DNA of 64,000 bases, taken from contig CBDBKE010000003.1 of NCBI GenBank assembly GCA_965206645.1, positions 64,001 through 128,000 on the forward strand, written 5' to 3'. The position numbers and the translations under genes are program-made. Shown here piece by piece: positions 41,955 through 51,914 of the stretch. The DNA is from Terriglobia bacterium (lineage in GTDB: Bacteria; Acidobacteriota; Terriglobia; JAJPHL01; JAPKYU01). The notes below the pieces were generated by a model. The model was not told where the DNA came from, made no database searches, and was given only the letters and a program-made list of their open reading frames with translations. Numbering within the stretch: position 1 is the stretch's first letter; each line of letters starts with the position of its first letter.

Positions 41955-43318
41955 CGCCGTCGGAAACTTCGCCGGACGTGGTGGTTGTCGGCGGCGGCCT
42001 GGCAGGCCTGGCGGCAGCCGCGGCGCTGAGTAGTGTCGGCTTTCAGGTGGATCTGTTTGAACGCCGACCCTACCTGGGCGGCCGGGCCGCTTCTTACGAG
42101 CTCCCGGGTACCCAGGAAACCATTGATAACTGCCAGCACGTGCTGCTGGGCTGCTGCACCAACCTGCTCAACTTCTACACACACCTGGGAGTGCGCCACC
42201 TCATCGGGTTCCACGACCACATCCGGTTTGTCACTCCTGGCGGTCAGGCTTCAGTGGTGGCGGCCGACCACCGCCCGCCGCCGCTGCACCTGCTGCATTC
42301 GCTGCGCGCCTTTCATGCGCTCACCTGGTTGGACAAGCTCGCCATCTGCGCGGCGATGGCGGCGCTCTCGTTCGAGCTGGGCATGGTCCCTCGCCAGCGC
42401 CTGGACTCGGAAACCATGCTGAGCTGGCTCCAGCGCCACTGGCAGACCCGCCGCGCTATTGACTTCTTCTGGCGAGTGGTGCTGACCAGCGCCCTCAACG
42501 AAGACCTGGAGCGGGTCTCAGCCTGGCACGGCCTGCAGGTTTTCTGGAGGGGTTTTCTGGTGAATCGCCGCTCTTACCGCGTGGGCATCCCGGTGGCGCC
42601 GCTCAGCGAACTCTACCGGCTCGAGCTGCCTGGCGCGCACGTTCGTCTGCGAGCCGACGTCCACTCGCTTGAAACCTCCAACCGTCGAGTCAATGGGGTG
42701 CACCTCGGCGACGGGCGCCGCGCTCCTGCCCGCTGGTTTGTCGTCGCCCTGCCATTTGAGATCGCGCAGGAACTGCTCCCTGGCGACTACTCCGCTTTCA
42801 GCCATTCCCCCATCGTTGGCATCCACCTTTGGTTTGATCGCCCAGTGACGGAAGAGCCCTTTGCCGCGTTGCTCGGCCGCACCATCCAGTGGGCTTTCCG
42901 CAAGCCGGGCGACGCCGGTTACGTTCAGTGCGTGGTCAGCGCCGCTCGCGCCCTGCTGCCCCTGGGGCGCAAGGAAATCGTGGAGATGGCGGTGCGCGAG
43001 CTGGCCGAATTTTTCCCCCTGCGGGGAGCACAACTGCGCAAATGGGCCGTGGTGAAAGAAGTCCGCGCCACCTACTCGCCGGCTACCGGAGTGGACCGGC
43101 TGCGCCCCGCCAATGTGACCCGCTTTGAGAACTGTTTTCTGGCCGGCGATTGGGTCGAGACCGGCTGGCCGCCCACGATGGAAGGCGCTGTGCGCAGCGG
43201 CTACCGCGCCGCCGAGCTTGTAACTATCCGCGCCGGGCACCCACGCCGCTTCCTGCAGCCGGACCTGGAGCCTGAGGGATTGGCACGATGGACACCCGCC
43301 GCTAGATCGCGTTCCTGA
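41951..43318 (+). CDS. hpnE: Hydroxysqualene dehydroxylase HpnE
   Basis: GGGLAG FAD motif, IDNCQHVLLGCC, LAGDW...TMEGAVRSG. Confidence 0.93.
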   Translation: MTPSETSPDVVVVGGGLAGLAAAAALSSVGFQVDLFERRPYLGGRAASYELPGTQETIDNCQHVLLGCCTNLLNFYTHLGVRHLIGFHDHIRFVTPGGQASVVAADHRPPPLHLLHSLRAFHALTWLDKLAICAAMAALSFELGMVPRQRLDSETMLSWLQRHWQTRRAIDFFWRVVLTSALNEDLERVSAWHGLQVFWRGFLVNRRSYRVGIPVAPLSELYRLELPGAHVRLRADVHSLETSNRRVNGVHLGDGRRAPARWFVVALPFEIAQELLPGDYSAFSHSPIVGIHLWFDRPVTEEPFAALLGRTIQWAFRKPGDAGYVQCVVSAARALLPLGRKEIVEMAVRELAEFFPLRGAQLRKWAVVKEVRATYSPATGVDRLRPANVTRFENCFLAGDWVETGWPPTMEGAVRSGYRAAELVTIRAGHPRRFLQPDLEPEGLARWTPAARSRS

Positions 43319-43334
43319 TTGCGCTTGCCTTGGC

Positions 43335-43544
43335 TATCCCTATCTTCCTCTAAGAAACCGGCCCAGGTCATTGCCGCCGCCGCCGCGCCCGGCGATAGGG
43401 TCGTGATCAATGGAGAATACAAGAACGGCTCAACGCTCAACTTTTACACCCGGCGACGAGCAAAGGCCCCGACTGGAGCGACGGGTGGGGCGCACCCGGA
43501 TCTTTGCGAGCTCTGGGGGCAAACTTGTGCTGGTGAACCGCTAG
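43335..43544 (+). pseudogene. Probable remnant of an ArnT/GT39-like membrane glycosyltransferase C-terminus
   Basis: LSSKK...VINGEYKNGSTLNFYT and out-of-frame GKLVLVNR; no TM core. Confidence 0.45.
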
Positions 43545-43583
43545 TTCGGCTTGTGGCCTGTAGCTACTGCCTACTGCCTTCTA

Positions 43584-44249
43584 CTACTGGCCCTCTGAAC
43601 TTGCAACGCGGCGCAGCCGGGTCGCCAGATTGATCACCACCCAGGCCACGACGATGCTGGTGGCCACCGCGAGTGTCAGAAGCGCGCCTCGGCCGGTTAT
43701 GAAATGCCAAACGGCCACTCCGTAATGCACCGCCAGAAAGGCTTCGGAAAAGTAGCGGATGGTGCGCCCGATGAGCAAAGCCAGAAGAAATTTCCCCACC
43801 CGCACCTCCACGACGCCCGCGGTGATGATGAAGGCCTTGAAGGGGGTGGGAGGAGGCATGAAAGCGGGCACCGTGACGGTGAGGAACTCGTACTTCTCGA
43901 ACCAGCTGCGAATGCGGGACATTCGTTCCTTGCCAACTTTACGCTCGGCGGCGGCGTGGCCACCCCGGCGGGCTGCGTAATAGAGGACCAAGCAACCAGC
44001 CACCGAACCCACCGTGGCCACCGAGGCGTAGAGCAGCATGGACTGCGGATCGCGGATACAGAGGGTGATCACCCACAGGTCAATGGCGGTGGGCAGCGGC
44101 AGAAAGGCCGAGTCCACGAAGGCGATGGCGACCAACCCCCAGACGCCGAACGGCATCAGGAACCCCTCCAGCGCGGAAGCGATCTTGAACAGGAAGCTTT
44201 TCAAAGGAGCAAATCCAACCGCAAGGGTTCGACCACCTCGGCAGGGCAT
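43584..44249 (-). CDS. YqaA/DedA (VTT) family membrane protein; start uncertain
   Basis: AFVDSAFLPLP, PPPTPFKAF, GRTIRY. Confidence 0.85.
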   Translation of the reverse strand: MPCRGGRTLAVGFAPLKSFLFKIASALEGFLMPFGVWGLVAIAFVDSAFLPLPTAIDLWVITLCIRDPQSMLLYASVATVGSVAGCLVLYYAARRGGHAAAERKVGKERMSRIRSWFEKYEFLTVTVPAFMPPPTPFKAFIITAGVVEVRVGKFLLALLIGRTIRYFSEAFLAVHYGVAVWHFITGRGALLTLAVATSIVVAWVVINLATRLRRVASSEGQ

Positions 44250-44493
44250 CTCAAGGAGGCGCGACCAGGAGCCGTGGCCCCGTCTGGATTCATTTCGGCC
44301 ACAAATAGAATCTTATTATCGTTGCAGGAAATCCGGCAACGCCGATTTGCAATCTCTGACACTGCGTGGCCCTCGGTGGAAGGCAGCACGCGAAAACGGC
44401 CACGGGCTCACGACCAAGGGTCACCCAAGGCCAAGCGGTAACCGGGCACGACATTCAACCCGACGTTGGCTGCCAGCCGGCCGGCGTACCGGA

Positions 44494-44973
44494 TCATACG
44501 GCGGGGGCGGCGCTGTTACACTGCCTGCAATAACCGCCGATTTCCACGCGGGCGAACGCGATGTGAAAGTGGCGCTCCCGCTGGATCTGGCCCTTGATCT
44601 TGTCGAACAACGGGCTGGTGTATTCCTCGACCGTGCCGCAGCGCAGGCAGGCCAAATGCATGTGCTGGCGCAGGGGCCGCTGTTCGTAGAAGTGGCCGCC
44701 GCCGCTGAGGTGCAGCAGATCCAGTTCGTCCACCAGACCGTGCCGCTTCAGCAACCCCAGCGTGCGGTAGACCGTCACCCGGTCAATGTCCTGGTCTTCC
44801 TTGCGCGCGAAACGCAGAATGGTGGCAGCGTCCAGATGGCGGCGGGCATTCTCGATGACCCGCAGGATGACCCTGCGCTGGCGGGTCAGGCGCACGCCGC
44901 GTGCCACCAGCTGGTTTTCCAGGTATCCGGGGGGCAACAACTTGCCTGCCGGCTGGGTTTCATTTTGCAACAT
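44494..44973 (-). CDS. Fur-family transcriptional regulator
   Basis: RLTRQRRVIL, TVYRTL, HMHLACLRCG, GYCRQC. Confidence 0.93.
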   Translation of the reverse strand: MLQNETQPAGKLLPPGYLENQLVARGVRLTRQRRVILRVIENARRHLDAATILRFARKEDQDIDRVTVYRTLGLLKRHGLVDELDLLHLSGGGHFYEQRPLRQHMHLACLRCGTVEEYTSPLFDKIKGQIQRERHFHIAFARVEIGGYCRQCNSAAPAV

Positions 44974-44988
44974 GTTGCAACTATACCA
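44965..44988 (-). promoter_or_regulatory. Extended -10 (TGgTATAGT) plus palindromic operator TTGCAACATGTTGCAA over the fur start codon
   Basis: Perfect 16-bp palindrome at 44965-44980; -10 lies 6 nt before ATG. Confidence 0.6.
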
Positions 44989-45097
44989 TGGGACCGGGCT
45001 CGAGTGACTCTGGTCCTGCAGCGGATAGCGGTAGACGATACCGGCCGGTTGTGGTAGGCTGCCGGGGTCTACAAACTAAGGAATCAGGAGCATTTTT

Positions 45098-45430
45098 ATG
45101 AAAAAGACAGTGTTTGCCTTGGGCTTGGTTTTGGTGCTGTTGGCAGCCCTACCCGCCGCTGCCGGCGAAAAGGGCAGTTGGAAAGGATGGATTGCCGACG
45201 CGAAGTGTGCAGGCGCGAGGGATGACAAGGGGGCCAGCGCCGATCACGCCGGCTGCGCCGCGAATTGCATCAAAGGCGGGGAAAAGGCCGTGTTCGTCTC
45301 CCACGACGGTACCGTCTACCAGGTCAAGAACCAGGAAAAAGTCACTGACCACGCCGGGCACCATGTGGAGGTTTCCGGGACTGTGCACAAAGATAAGACG
45401 TTGACCGTGGACGAAGTCAAAATGCTCTAG
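45098..45430 (+). CDS. Small secreted Cys/His protein (OB-fold-like)
   Basis: Signal peptide; GWIADAKC...HAGCAANCIKGG. Confidence 0.8.
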   Translation: MKKTVFALGLVLVLLAALPAAAGEKGSWKGWIADAKCAGARDDKGASADHAGCAANCIKGGEKAVFVSHDGTVYQVKNQEKVTDHAGHHVEVSGTVHKDKTLTVDEVKML

Positions 45431-45827
45431 GAATAACGGGAAGGCATTGCCATTTCTAGACCCGCGAGGACTTGCTCGCTGAGGCGAGTCCTCGGGGGTC
45501 TGTCTCCTAGGGGGCTCAGCCAGTCGACCGCAGGGGTCGGAGGCCACCCAAGCAAGCAAAACGGGCCATTCTGTGGGCCTCGCGTCATGTCGGCAACACC
45601 TTTCCCCTGCAGTTGACACCTACTACGCCATCCGTCGCCGGCGACGTCAAGCCTGTCCGCACTGCTGAATTAGCGTCACACGACGGAGTAGCAAGTCCAG
45701 GGATTCGGTTGGCCAAAGCTTCGCGGCTCGGCTACGGGTGGGGCGCGGCTGGACCTTGTCCCGGGTAGCGCGCGGTTGCGAGAATCTGCTAATATGCTTC
45801 GTTTTTGGACGTCGCAATGGAGGAGGA

Positions 45828-46991
45828 ATGCCCAAAGTTACACTCTCAGTGATTAAGGCTGATGTAGGCTCGATCGGTGGACATACCAGACCTTCTAGCA
45901 AGATGCTGGAAGCCGTTCAAGCCCGGGTGCGTAGCAGCGTTCAGCAGGGGCTTTTGCTGGACGGCCTGCTCACGCACACCGGTGATGATCTAGCCATCAT
46001 CATGAGCCATACCCGGGGTGTAGGTGATAAGGAGATTCATGGCTTCGCCTGGGAGTCCTTCCTCACGGCCACCGAGTCAGCCAAGAGCACGGGCCTTTAC
46101 GGGGCAGGGCAAGATCTGCTGGTGGACGCGCCCTCAGGCAACGTTCGCGGAGCAGGTCCGGCAGTCGCAGAGATCGAGTTTGTTCGGGATCCGAAGAGCA
46201 AGGAGCGGCCCGCGGAGGCGTTCATGGTTTTCGCCGCCGATAAATGTGGGCCCGGCGCCTATAACTACCCCCTCTACAGTGTCTTCTGCGACCCCATGCA
46301 TAACGGGGGACTGCTGCTAAGTCCCAAACTCCACCAAGGATTTGCGATCACCGTCATTGACATGGATCACAAGGGCAAAGACAGCGACCGCGTCATTTCC
46401 CTGAACGTGCCGGAACGAGTTTGGGACGTCGCCTGCCTGTTGCAAGACCCGGACCGGTTCGCGATCGAGGCCGTCCATTCGCGCTACCAGCCCGAGGAGC
46501 AGATTGTCTCTGCCTCGGCCACACGACTGCACAATATCGCCGGCAAATACACCGGCAAGGACGATCCGGTAGCCCTTGTCCGCACCCAGGGGATCTTTCC
46601 CGCACCCGAAGAGGTTGTCGAACCGTATACCTTGGGACATTTCATCACCGGCGACTGTCGCGGCTCGCACGTGATGCCGCTGATGCCTGTGGCCATCAAC
46701 GAGTCAGTCTCCGGACCCTTCTGTCTGCCGCTGGTTTCCTGCCTGGCTTTCTCCATGGACGCCGAGGGCAAGTTTACCGACGACTACGTAGACCTGTTCG
46801 GCAACACAGCCTGGGAGGCGACTCGCCTGAAGGTCCAGCAGAAAGCCGATGAGTGGCGCCGCCAAGGCTTTATCGGTCCCACCATGGCCTCGCGTGCCGA
46901 GTTGGCCTATACCGGCATTGTGGACACACTCGGACAGCTCCAGAAGGAGTTCAGCCTGCGCGAGGAATTGGTCGCGGCTACGAAAAGCTAG
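45828..46991 (+). CDS. fbp: Bifunctional fructose-1,6-bisphosphate aldolase/phosphatase (class V FBPase)
   Basis: TLSVIKADVGSIGGH, GLYGAGQDLL, GNVRGAGP, AGKYTGKDDP. Confidence 0.95.
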   Translation: MPKVTLSVIKADVGSIGGHTRPSSKMLEAVQARVRSSVQQGLLLDGLLTHTGDDLAIIMSHTRGVGDKEIHGFAWESFLTATESAKSTGLYGAGQDLLVDAPSGNVRGAGPAVAEIEFVRDPKSKERPAEAFMVFAADKCGPGAYNYPLYSVFCDPMHNGGLLLSPKLHQGFAITVIDMDHKGKDSDRVISLNVPERVWDVACLLQDPDRFAIEAVHSRYQPEEQIVSASATRLHNIAGKYTGKDDPVALVRTQGIFPAPEEVVEPYTLGHFITGDCRGSHVMPLMPVAINESVSGPFCLPLVSCLAFSMDAEGKFTDDYVDLFGNTAWEATRLKVQQKADEWRRQGFIGPTMASRAELAYTGIVDTLGQLQKEFSLREELVAATKS

Positions 46992-47320
46992 CGCCCAGGT
47001 GCACCAGCGAGTGCAATGGAGGCATAATGGCAACCCTGCCTCCCGAAGCGTCCCCATTAAATGACTTCCGAGCAGCTAGATTGCGAAAGACGCTCCCCGT
47101 ATTGGGCGCGGCAGTATATGAGAGCGCAATCTACCGGGCTTCGTCATGGGTCGGAGTTGCAGGTGCCTTTCTCCGTCTGTCCCTAACTACCTGATACGCT
47201 GCAACTTCGTCCTGACGGGCTAACGCTACAGGTCAGATGCTGCAACCAAGCGCCTACGAAAAGCGTTATCATAATATAGGGGGCAGTTTGGATGGTACGA
47301 TACCCATGGCGGAGGCTTCT

Positions 47321-48487
47321 ATGCGCAAGCGTCTTTTTCCACTCCTGATCTTGGTGGTCGTTTTCCTTGGGGGCTGGGCGCTCCAGGCACAGACGGAGGC
47401 GCCTCCGCAAGAGCCTGCCGAGGAGAAGTCCTCAGTGAAGGTTGGCGGTCCCAAGCGTCCGGTAGGCGCAACGGTGGCGGTGCCCCGGCGGCCTCCTCCC
47501 CTGAAGACCAAGCGGCGCATGCCGGCTGCTGCCGCCAAACCCGACGAGCAGCCGTTCAATATCGCCGTCAACGTGGACCTGGTGACGGTGGACGTGTTGG
47601 TCCGGAACCGCAAGGGGCGCTTCCTGCTCGGGCTGACCAAGAAGAACTTCCGCATCCTGGAGGACGGCGTCCCGCAGCAAATCCAGACCTTCGAGCACAC
47701 CGAGGCGCCGATGACGGTGGTTTTGGTGATCGAGTTCACCAACCTTTTCCAGCGGACCTGGTCCCAAACCTGGCACGAGACCCTGACGGCCGCCTACGGC
47801 TTCCTGAACACTCTGCGACCCGAGGACTGGGTGGCGGTGGTGGCTTACGACCTGAAGGCGGAGATTCTCCAGGACTTCACACAGAACAAGCAGGCGGCCT
47901 ACGGCTCCATGAAGCGCCTGCGGTTTCCCGGCTACCGCGAAGCCAACCTGTTTGACACCCTGGACGAGGTGCTGAGTCGCCTGAACGATGTGCCTGGCAA
48001 GAAAGGGATTGTGCTGATCTCAACCGGCGTTGACACCTTCAGCAAGATCACCTACCAGGACGCCCTGAAAAAGGTGCGGTCCAGCAAGGTACCCATCTAT
48101 CCCGTTGGGATAATGCAGGCGATGCGCATCCTGCTGGACAGTTACGGCTACATGAGCCCCATCGACAACGCGACCTTCCTGCAGGCCGACACCGCCCTCC
48201 GTTACTTCGCCAAGTATTCGGGTGGCCGCGCGTTTTTTCCGCGCTTCTACGGGGAGTTCCGCAGCATCTTCGCCAACATCTCCCACCACATGCGCAACCA
48301 GTACACGCTGGGCTACGCCTCCAGCAACCCGGCGCGCGACGGGAAATTCCGCAAGCTCAAGATCCAACTGGTGGACGAGAACGGCCAGAAGCTGAAGAGG
48401 GTGAACCGGAAAGGCAAGGAAGTAAAGTACAAGATTCAAGCTCGCGCCGGCTACATCGCTCCGAAAGGTGAGATGATCGTCGATTAG
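47321..48487 (+). CDS. VWA domain protein (acidobacterial VWFA-related)
   Basis: VDLVTVDVLV, FRILEDGVPQ, LISTGVDT, SGGRAFFP, NQYTLGY...DGKFRK. Confidence 0.9.
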   Translation: MRKRLFPLLILVVVFLGGWALQAQTEAPPQEPAEEKSSVKVGGPKRPVGATVAVPRRPPPLKTKRRMPAAAAKPDEQPFNIAVNVDLVTVDVLVRNRKGRFLLGLTKKNFRILEDGVPQQIQTFEHTEAPMTVVLVIEFTNLFQRTWSQTWHETLTAAYGFLNTLRPEDWVAVVAYDLKAEILQDFTQNKQAAYGSMKRLRFPGYREANLFDTLDEVLSRLNDVPGKKGIVLISTGVDTFSKITYQDALKKVRSSKVPIYPVGIMQAMRILLDSYGYMSPIDNATFLQADTALRYFAKYSGGRAFFPRFYGEFRSIFANISHHMRNQYTLGYASSNPARDGKFRKLKIQLVDENGQKLKRVNRKGKEVKYKIQARAGYIAPKGEMIVD

Positions 48488-48652
48488 CAGCTCCCGCCGC
48501 GCTGTTGGAACACAACCTCTGCGTGCATCTGCCGCGCCGTTCGCGTTCCGCTGGCGCAAACGGCTGGCACAAGCCGCACTCCAGTCTCCTCAGGTTGACA
48601 GCTCTTTTTCCCATCTGTTACCATCCGTTTGCCTCACGAGGAACCCTTATTC

Positions 48653-49075
48653 ATGCCGCGTCTCCTTTGCATCGACGATAATCGTCACGGCTGTTTCGCC
48701 CGGCAATCCGTACTGGAGGAGCACGGCTATCAGGTGGTGGTGGCCCATAGCGGGAAAGAGGGCCTGGGAAAGTTCCGGACGGAAAAGATCGACCTGGTCA
48801 TCGTGGACTACATCATGCCGGAGATGAACGGCGCCGAAGTGATCCGCCGCATTCGCCAGGCGAATCCTCGAGTCCCCATCATTTTGCACTCCGGTTATGC
48901 CGAGCGGCTGGCGCTGGACGAAAAAGTGGACCAGGCTGACGCGGTGTTGCAAAAAGGCCCAAGGGAGATCAAGGAGTTGGTCGAAACGGTGAAGGAACTG
49001 CTGCGGAAGCGATTTAAGAAGCCTGCCGCCAGCCTCCGCACCAAAGGGCGCAGGAAGCGCGCACCGCGGCGCTAG
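48653..49075 (+). CDS. Single-domain response regulator
   Basis: LCIDDN, VDYIMPEMNG, QK. Confidence 0.9.
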   Translation: MPRLLCIDDNRHGCFARQSVLEEHGYQVVVAHSGKEGLGKFRTEKIDLVIVDYIMPEMNGAEVIRRIRQANPRVPIILHSGYAERLALDEKVDQADAVLQKGPREIKELVETVKELLRKRFKKPAASLRTKGRRKRAPRR

Positions 49076-49101
49076 TATTCCCCGTCGGGAGGCGCGTCCC
49101 G

Positions 49102-51015
49102 CTACGGTAACGAAGCGGTCAGGCTCTTCATTGCCGCTTCATCCACTCGCAGCTTTCCCTCGGCTTCCAGGCGCGCCTTCAAGTGGTCGGCGAACAACCG
49201 GTAGGCCAGATTACGCTTGGCCTCTAGCAGTTCTCGGCGCAACGCATCGCTGCTGCTGGCCAGCTCTTCGGCCGGGGCCGGCTGCTGTTCCAGGAGGCGG
49301 AAGACGACCTGCCCGTCGGCGACCGCCAATGGTCCGCCGATCTCCCCTACGCTCAAAGACGATGCAGCTTCCCACAGACCACCGGGGACACCCAAATCGG
49401 GCAGGCCATCTTGGCTGGTGAACGCCTCGCTGGTCTTCACGGTAAGTTTGCGGGAGGCTGCCGCCCTCTTCAGATTCTTTCGCTTGCGAGCCCGCTCGGC
49501 CAGATCCTGCATCCGGGAAAGCACTTGCTGCGCGGCTTGTACAAGGCGCAGATCGTTTCCCACTCGCTCACGGACTTCTGCCAATTCGGCCGGATGCGCC
49601 GGGTTGATGCGCACCAGGAAACCCACCACGAAGCCGTCGCGAACCGGAACCACGGGCGTGATCTTGTTCGGCTGGAGGGTCGTCGAGTACAACGCGTCCT
49701 CCAGCGCTGGCGACACGCCGATGTTGGGCAGGGGTTCGCCGCGTTTCAACAGGTTCGTCTCGAGCACGGGCACGCCCAGTTGCTCCGCCACGGCCTGGAA
49801 GGTGCCGGGATTTTCCCGAAGGTCCCTCTGCGTCTTCTGCGCCAGATCTTCGACGGCGCGAGCCGCCTTTTCCTGGGTGACTAACGGCAGGATCTCGTCG
49901 CGCACCTCCTTGAGCGTCTGCTGATGAGCGCGCTGGCGTTCCTGCACCTTCACGATGTGAAAGCCGTATTGTGTCTTGATGACACCGCTGAGAGCGCCCG
50001 GCTCCAGCGAAAAGGCCTCCTCCTCAAATTCAGGTACGGTCTGGCCGCGCACGATCCAGCCCAGGTCGCCTCCCTTGGGTGTGGTGGCCGCGTCGTCGGA
50101 ATACTGCCTGGCGAGCTTTGCGAAATCTTCCTTCTTGCGCAACCGGTCCAGGATTTTCTCGGCGCGCTTGCGCACTGCCTCGATTTCGTCCGGCTCTTTC
50201 CCCACGGTCTTCAGCAGGATGTGGCTAGCCCGCACCCGGTTTTCGACGCGGTAGCGGTCCCGATTCTGCTTGTAATAGCGGAGTAGTTCCTGCTCGCTAA
50301 CCGAAACGGTGTCCTTGACCCTGGCGGTTTGCAAGTACAGCAGCCTGAACTGCCGACGCTCGGGCACCTGGTAGCGGCCCGAGTTCTTTTTGAAGAACTC
50401 AGCGACTTCGGCTCCGGTGACGCGCAGCGTGCTTCTCACATCAGCTGTCTTGAGCAGCGCGTACTCGATGCGCAGCTTGTCATTACGGCGGTGGAACTCG
50501 TGAGCTACCTCCCGGTCGCTCACCGTGACGCCGGCGGTAACGACGTGGCGCAGCTTTAGCTCCAGCAAGGAGTCGCGCAATCTCTCCTGAAAGCGCTCCA
50601 AGCTCATCCTGTACTGGGTCTCAACGACGTCGCGGCCAATAAATTTCCCATCGGGGAAAAGCTGGAGGTTCAGTCGCGCCTGGCCAAGCAGCTCCTCGGT
50701 CGAGACCGCCAGGCCCAGCCGCCGAGCTTCCTGTAGAATCGCTTTCTCCGTTACCAGCCGCTCCAAGATCTGTGGCGCATACAGGGGGAGTAGGTCAGAG
50801 GGCAGCCGGTTGCCCCTCGTGACCTGCTCGAGCTGGCGAAGCAAATCTGTGCCGGTAACCTTCTCGCCGCCGATCCTGGCCACTACCAGCTCATCGGAAG
50901 TCTCGCTCCCGATCCCGGGAATCAAAGTCACCACCAGCATGATGCAGACCAGCAGCAGTAGCGCCGCTAAGAAGACCCGCACCCATGTGTCTTTGCGTCG
51001 GAAAAACTGGAACAT
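49102..51015 (-). CDS. ppiD: PpiD-like peptidyl-prolyl isomerase (SurA N-domain plus parvulin)
   Basis: N-terminal TM, ASHILLK, GGDLGW, TQYGFHIVKV. Confidence 0.88.
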   Translation of the reverse strand: MFQFFRRKDTWVRVFLAALLLLVCIMLVVTLIPGIGSETSDELVVARIGGEKVTGTDLLRQLEQVTRGNRLPSDLLPLYAPQILERLVTEKAILQEARRLGLAVSTEELLGQARLNLQLFPDGKFIGRDVVETQYRMSLERFQERLRDSLLELKLRHVVTAGVTVSDREVAHEFHRRNDKLRIEYALLKTADVRSTLRVTGAEVAEFFKKNSGRYQVPERRQFRLLYLQTARVKDTVSVSEQELLRYYKQNRDRYRVENRVRASHILLKTVGKEPDEIEAVRKRAEKILDRLRKKEDFAKLARQYSDDAATTPKGGDLGWIVRGQTVPEFEEEAFSLEPGALSGVIKTQYGFHIVKVQERQRAHQQTLKEVRDEILPLVTQEKAARAVEDLAQKTQRDLRENPGTFQAVAEQLGVPVLETNLLKRGEPLPNIGVSPALEDALYSTTLQPNKITPVVPVRDGFVVGFLVRINPAHPAELAEVRERVGNDLRLVQAAQQVLSRMQDLAERARKRKNLKRAAASRKLTVKTSEAFTSQDGLPDLGVPGGLWEAASSLSVGEIGGPLAVADGQVVFRLLEQQPAPAEELASSSDALRRELLEAKRNLAYRLFADHLKARLEAEGKLRVDEAAMKSLTASLP

Positions 51016-51100
51016 GCCTCGAGTCGCTCCAAAAAGTGAAACTCGCTTCGCCACACCGCCCGGCCGGCGAGCGCGAAGAGTCTGCACACAGACTACTCCA

Positions 51101-51143
51101 AATTGTATAAGGCCCTATTGTATAAGGCTCAATTGTATAAGGC
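51101..51143. repeat. Three tandem 15-bp units with core ATTGTATAAGGC
   Basis: AATTGTATAAGGCCC TATTGTATAAGGCTC AATTGTATAAGGC. Confidence 0.85.
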
Positions 51144-51401
51144 ATAGAAGCCGTCTGGCAAGCGATGGAGCACATCCGCCGGCCGCTGGACCGGGACACG
51201 CCCCCAGAGCCGCGTGTCGCACGTCCAAACAAGAAGACGCGCCTGCCACGCAGGGCGCTCACCCACCTGCCCCAAATTCTCCTGGGTCCTCGTTGACAGA
51301 ATTGCACCTCAAGGTTACTATCGCAGAAGGTGCACGGGAGAAGCTGAGGCGGGTACCCGAGACCGCAAGGGGACAATGCTACCGAGAGAAGGATTGTCAA
51401 C

Positions 51402-51686
51402 TTGGACGAGCAGCTAAAGCAACTGATAAAGGAGCTGGGCGACGCGATCGACGAATCGCTGTCGGAATCCGAGCGGATTGCCGAAGTCATCGGCAACATC
51501 AAGCACGCCGGCTACGACGTCTTTCTGGTGCTGGAAGCTACGATCGGATTTAACCGGCGGGAAGAAAGCATCAAGAAAGAGCCACTGAAGAGCGCGATGA
51601 GTCCTCCGGGACGGGTGCGGTTCACCACCCAGGACACGAAATTCCTCAAGGCGTTGAAGATTTCAGTTGACGAAGAGAGGCGCTAA
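51402..51686 (+). CDS. Conserved hypothetical protein
   Basis: LGDAIDESLSES...LVLEATIGF...DTKFLKALKI. Confidence 0.75.
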   Translation: MDEQLKQLIKELGDAIDESLSESERIAEVIGNIKHAGYDVFLVLEATIGFNRREESIKKEPLKSAMSPPGRVRFTTQDTKFLKALKISVDEERR

Positions 51687-51914
51687 CCTCACAGGCACCC
51701 AAAGACTCTCCCCGGATTCTCCAGCGTACGTTCCTGATCACAGGCAACCTTTTCCGCAGCTCGGCTCGCCAGTCTCACCGGAACTGAAGGCGTGCAAGAC
51801 CCAATCCCCTTCGAGCCGACTAGGACCCGCGGGGCGCGGCAGGGCGCTGGCACCGGCGGATTCCATCCGCTAGAATGGAACCATTCTCGAAGGAGGTCTT
51901 GAGGGAGGCAGGTC

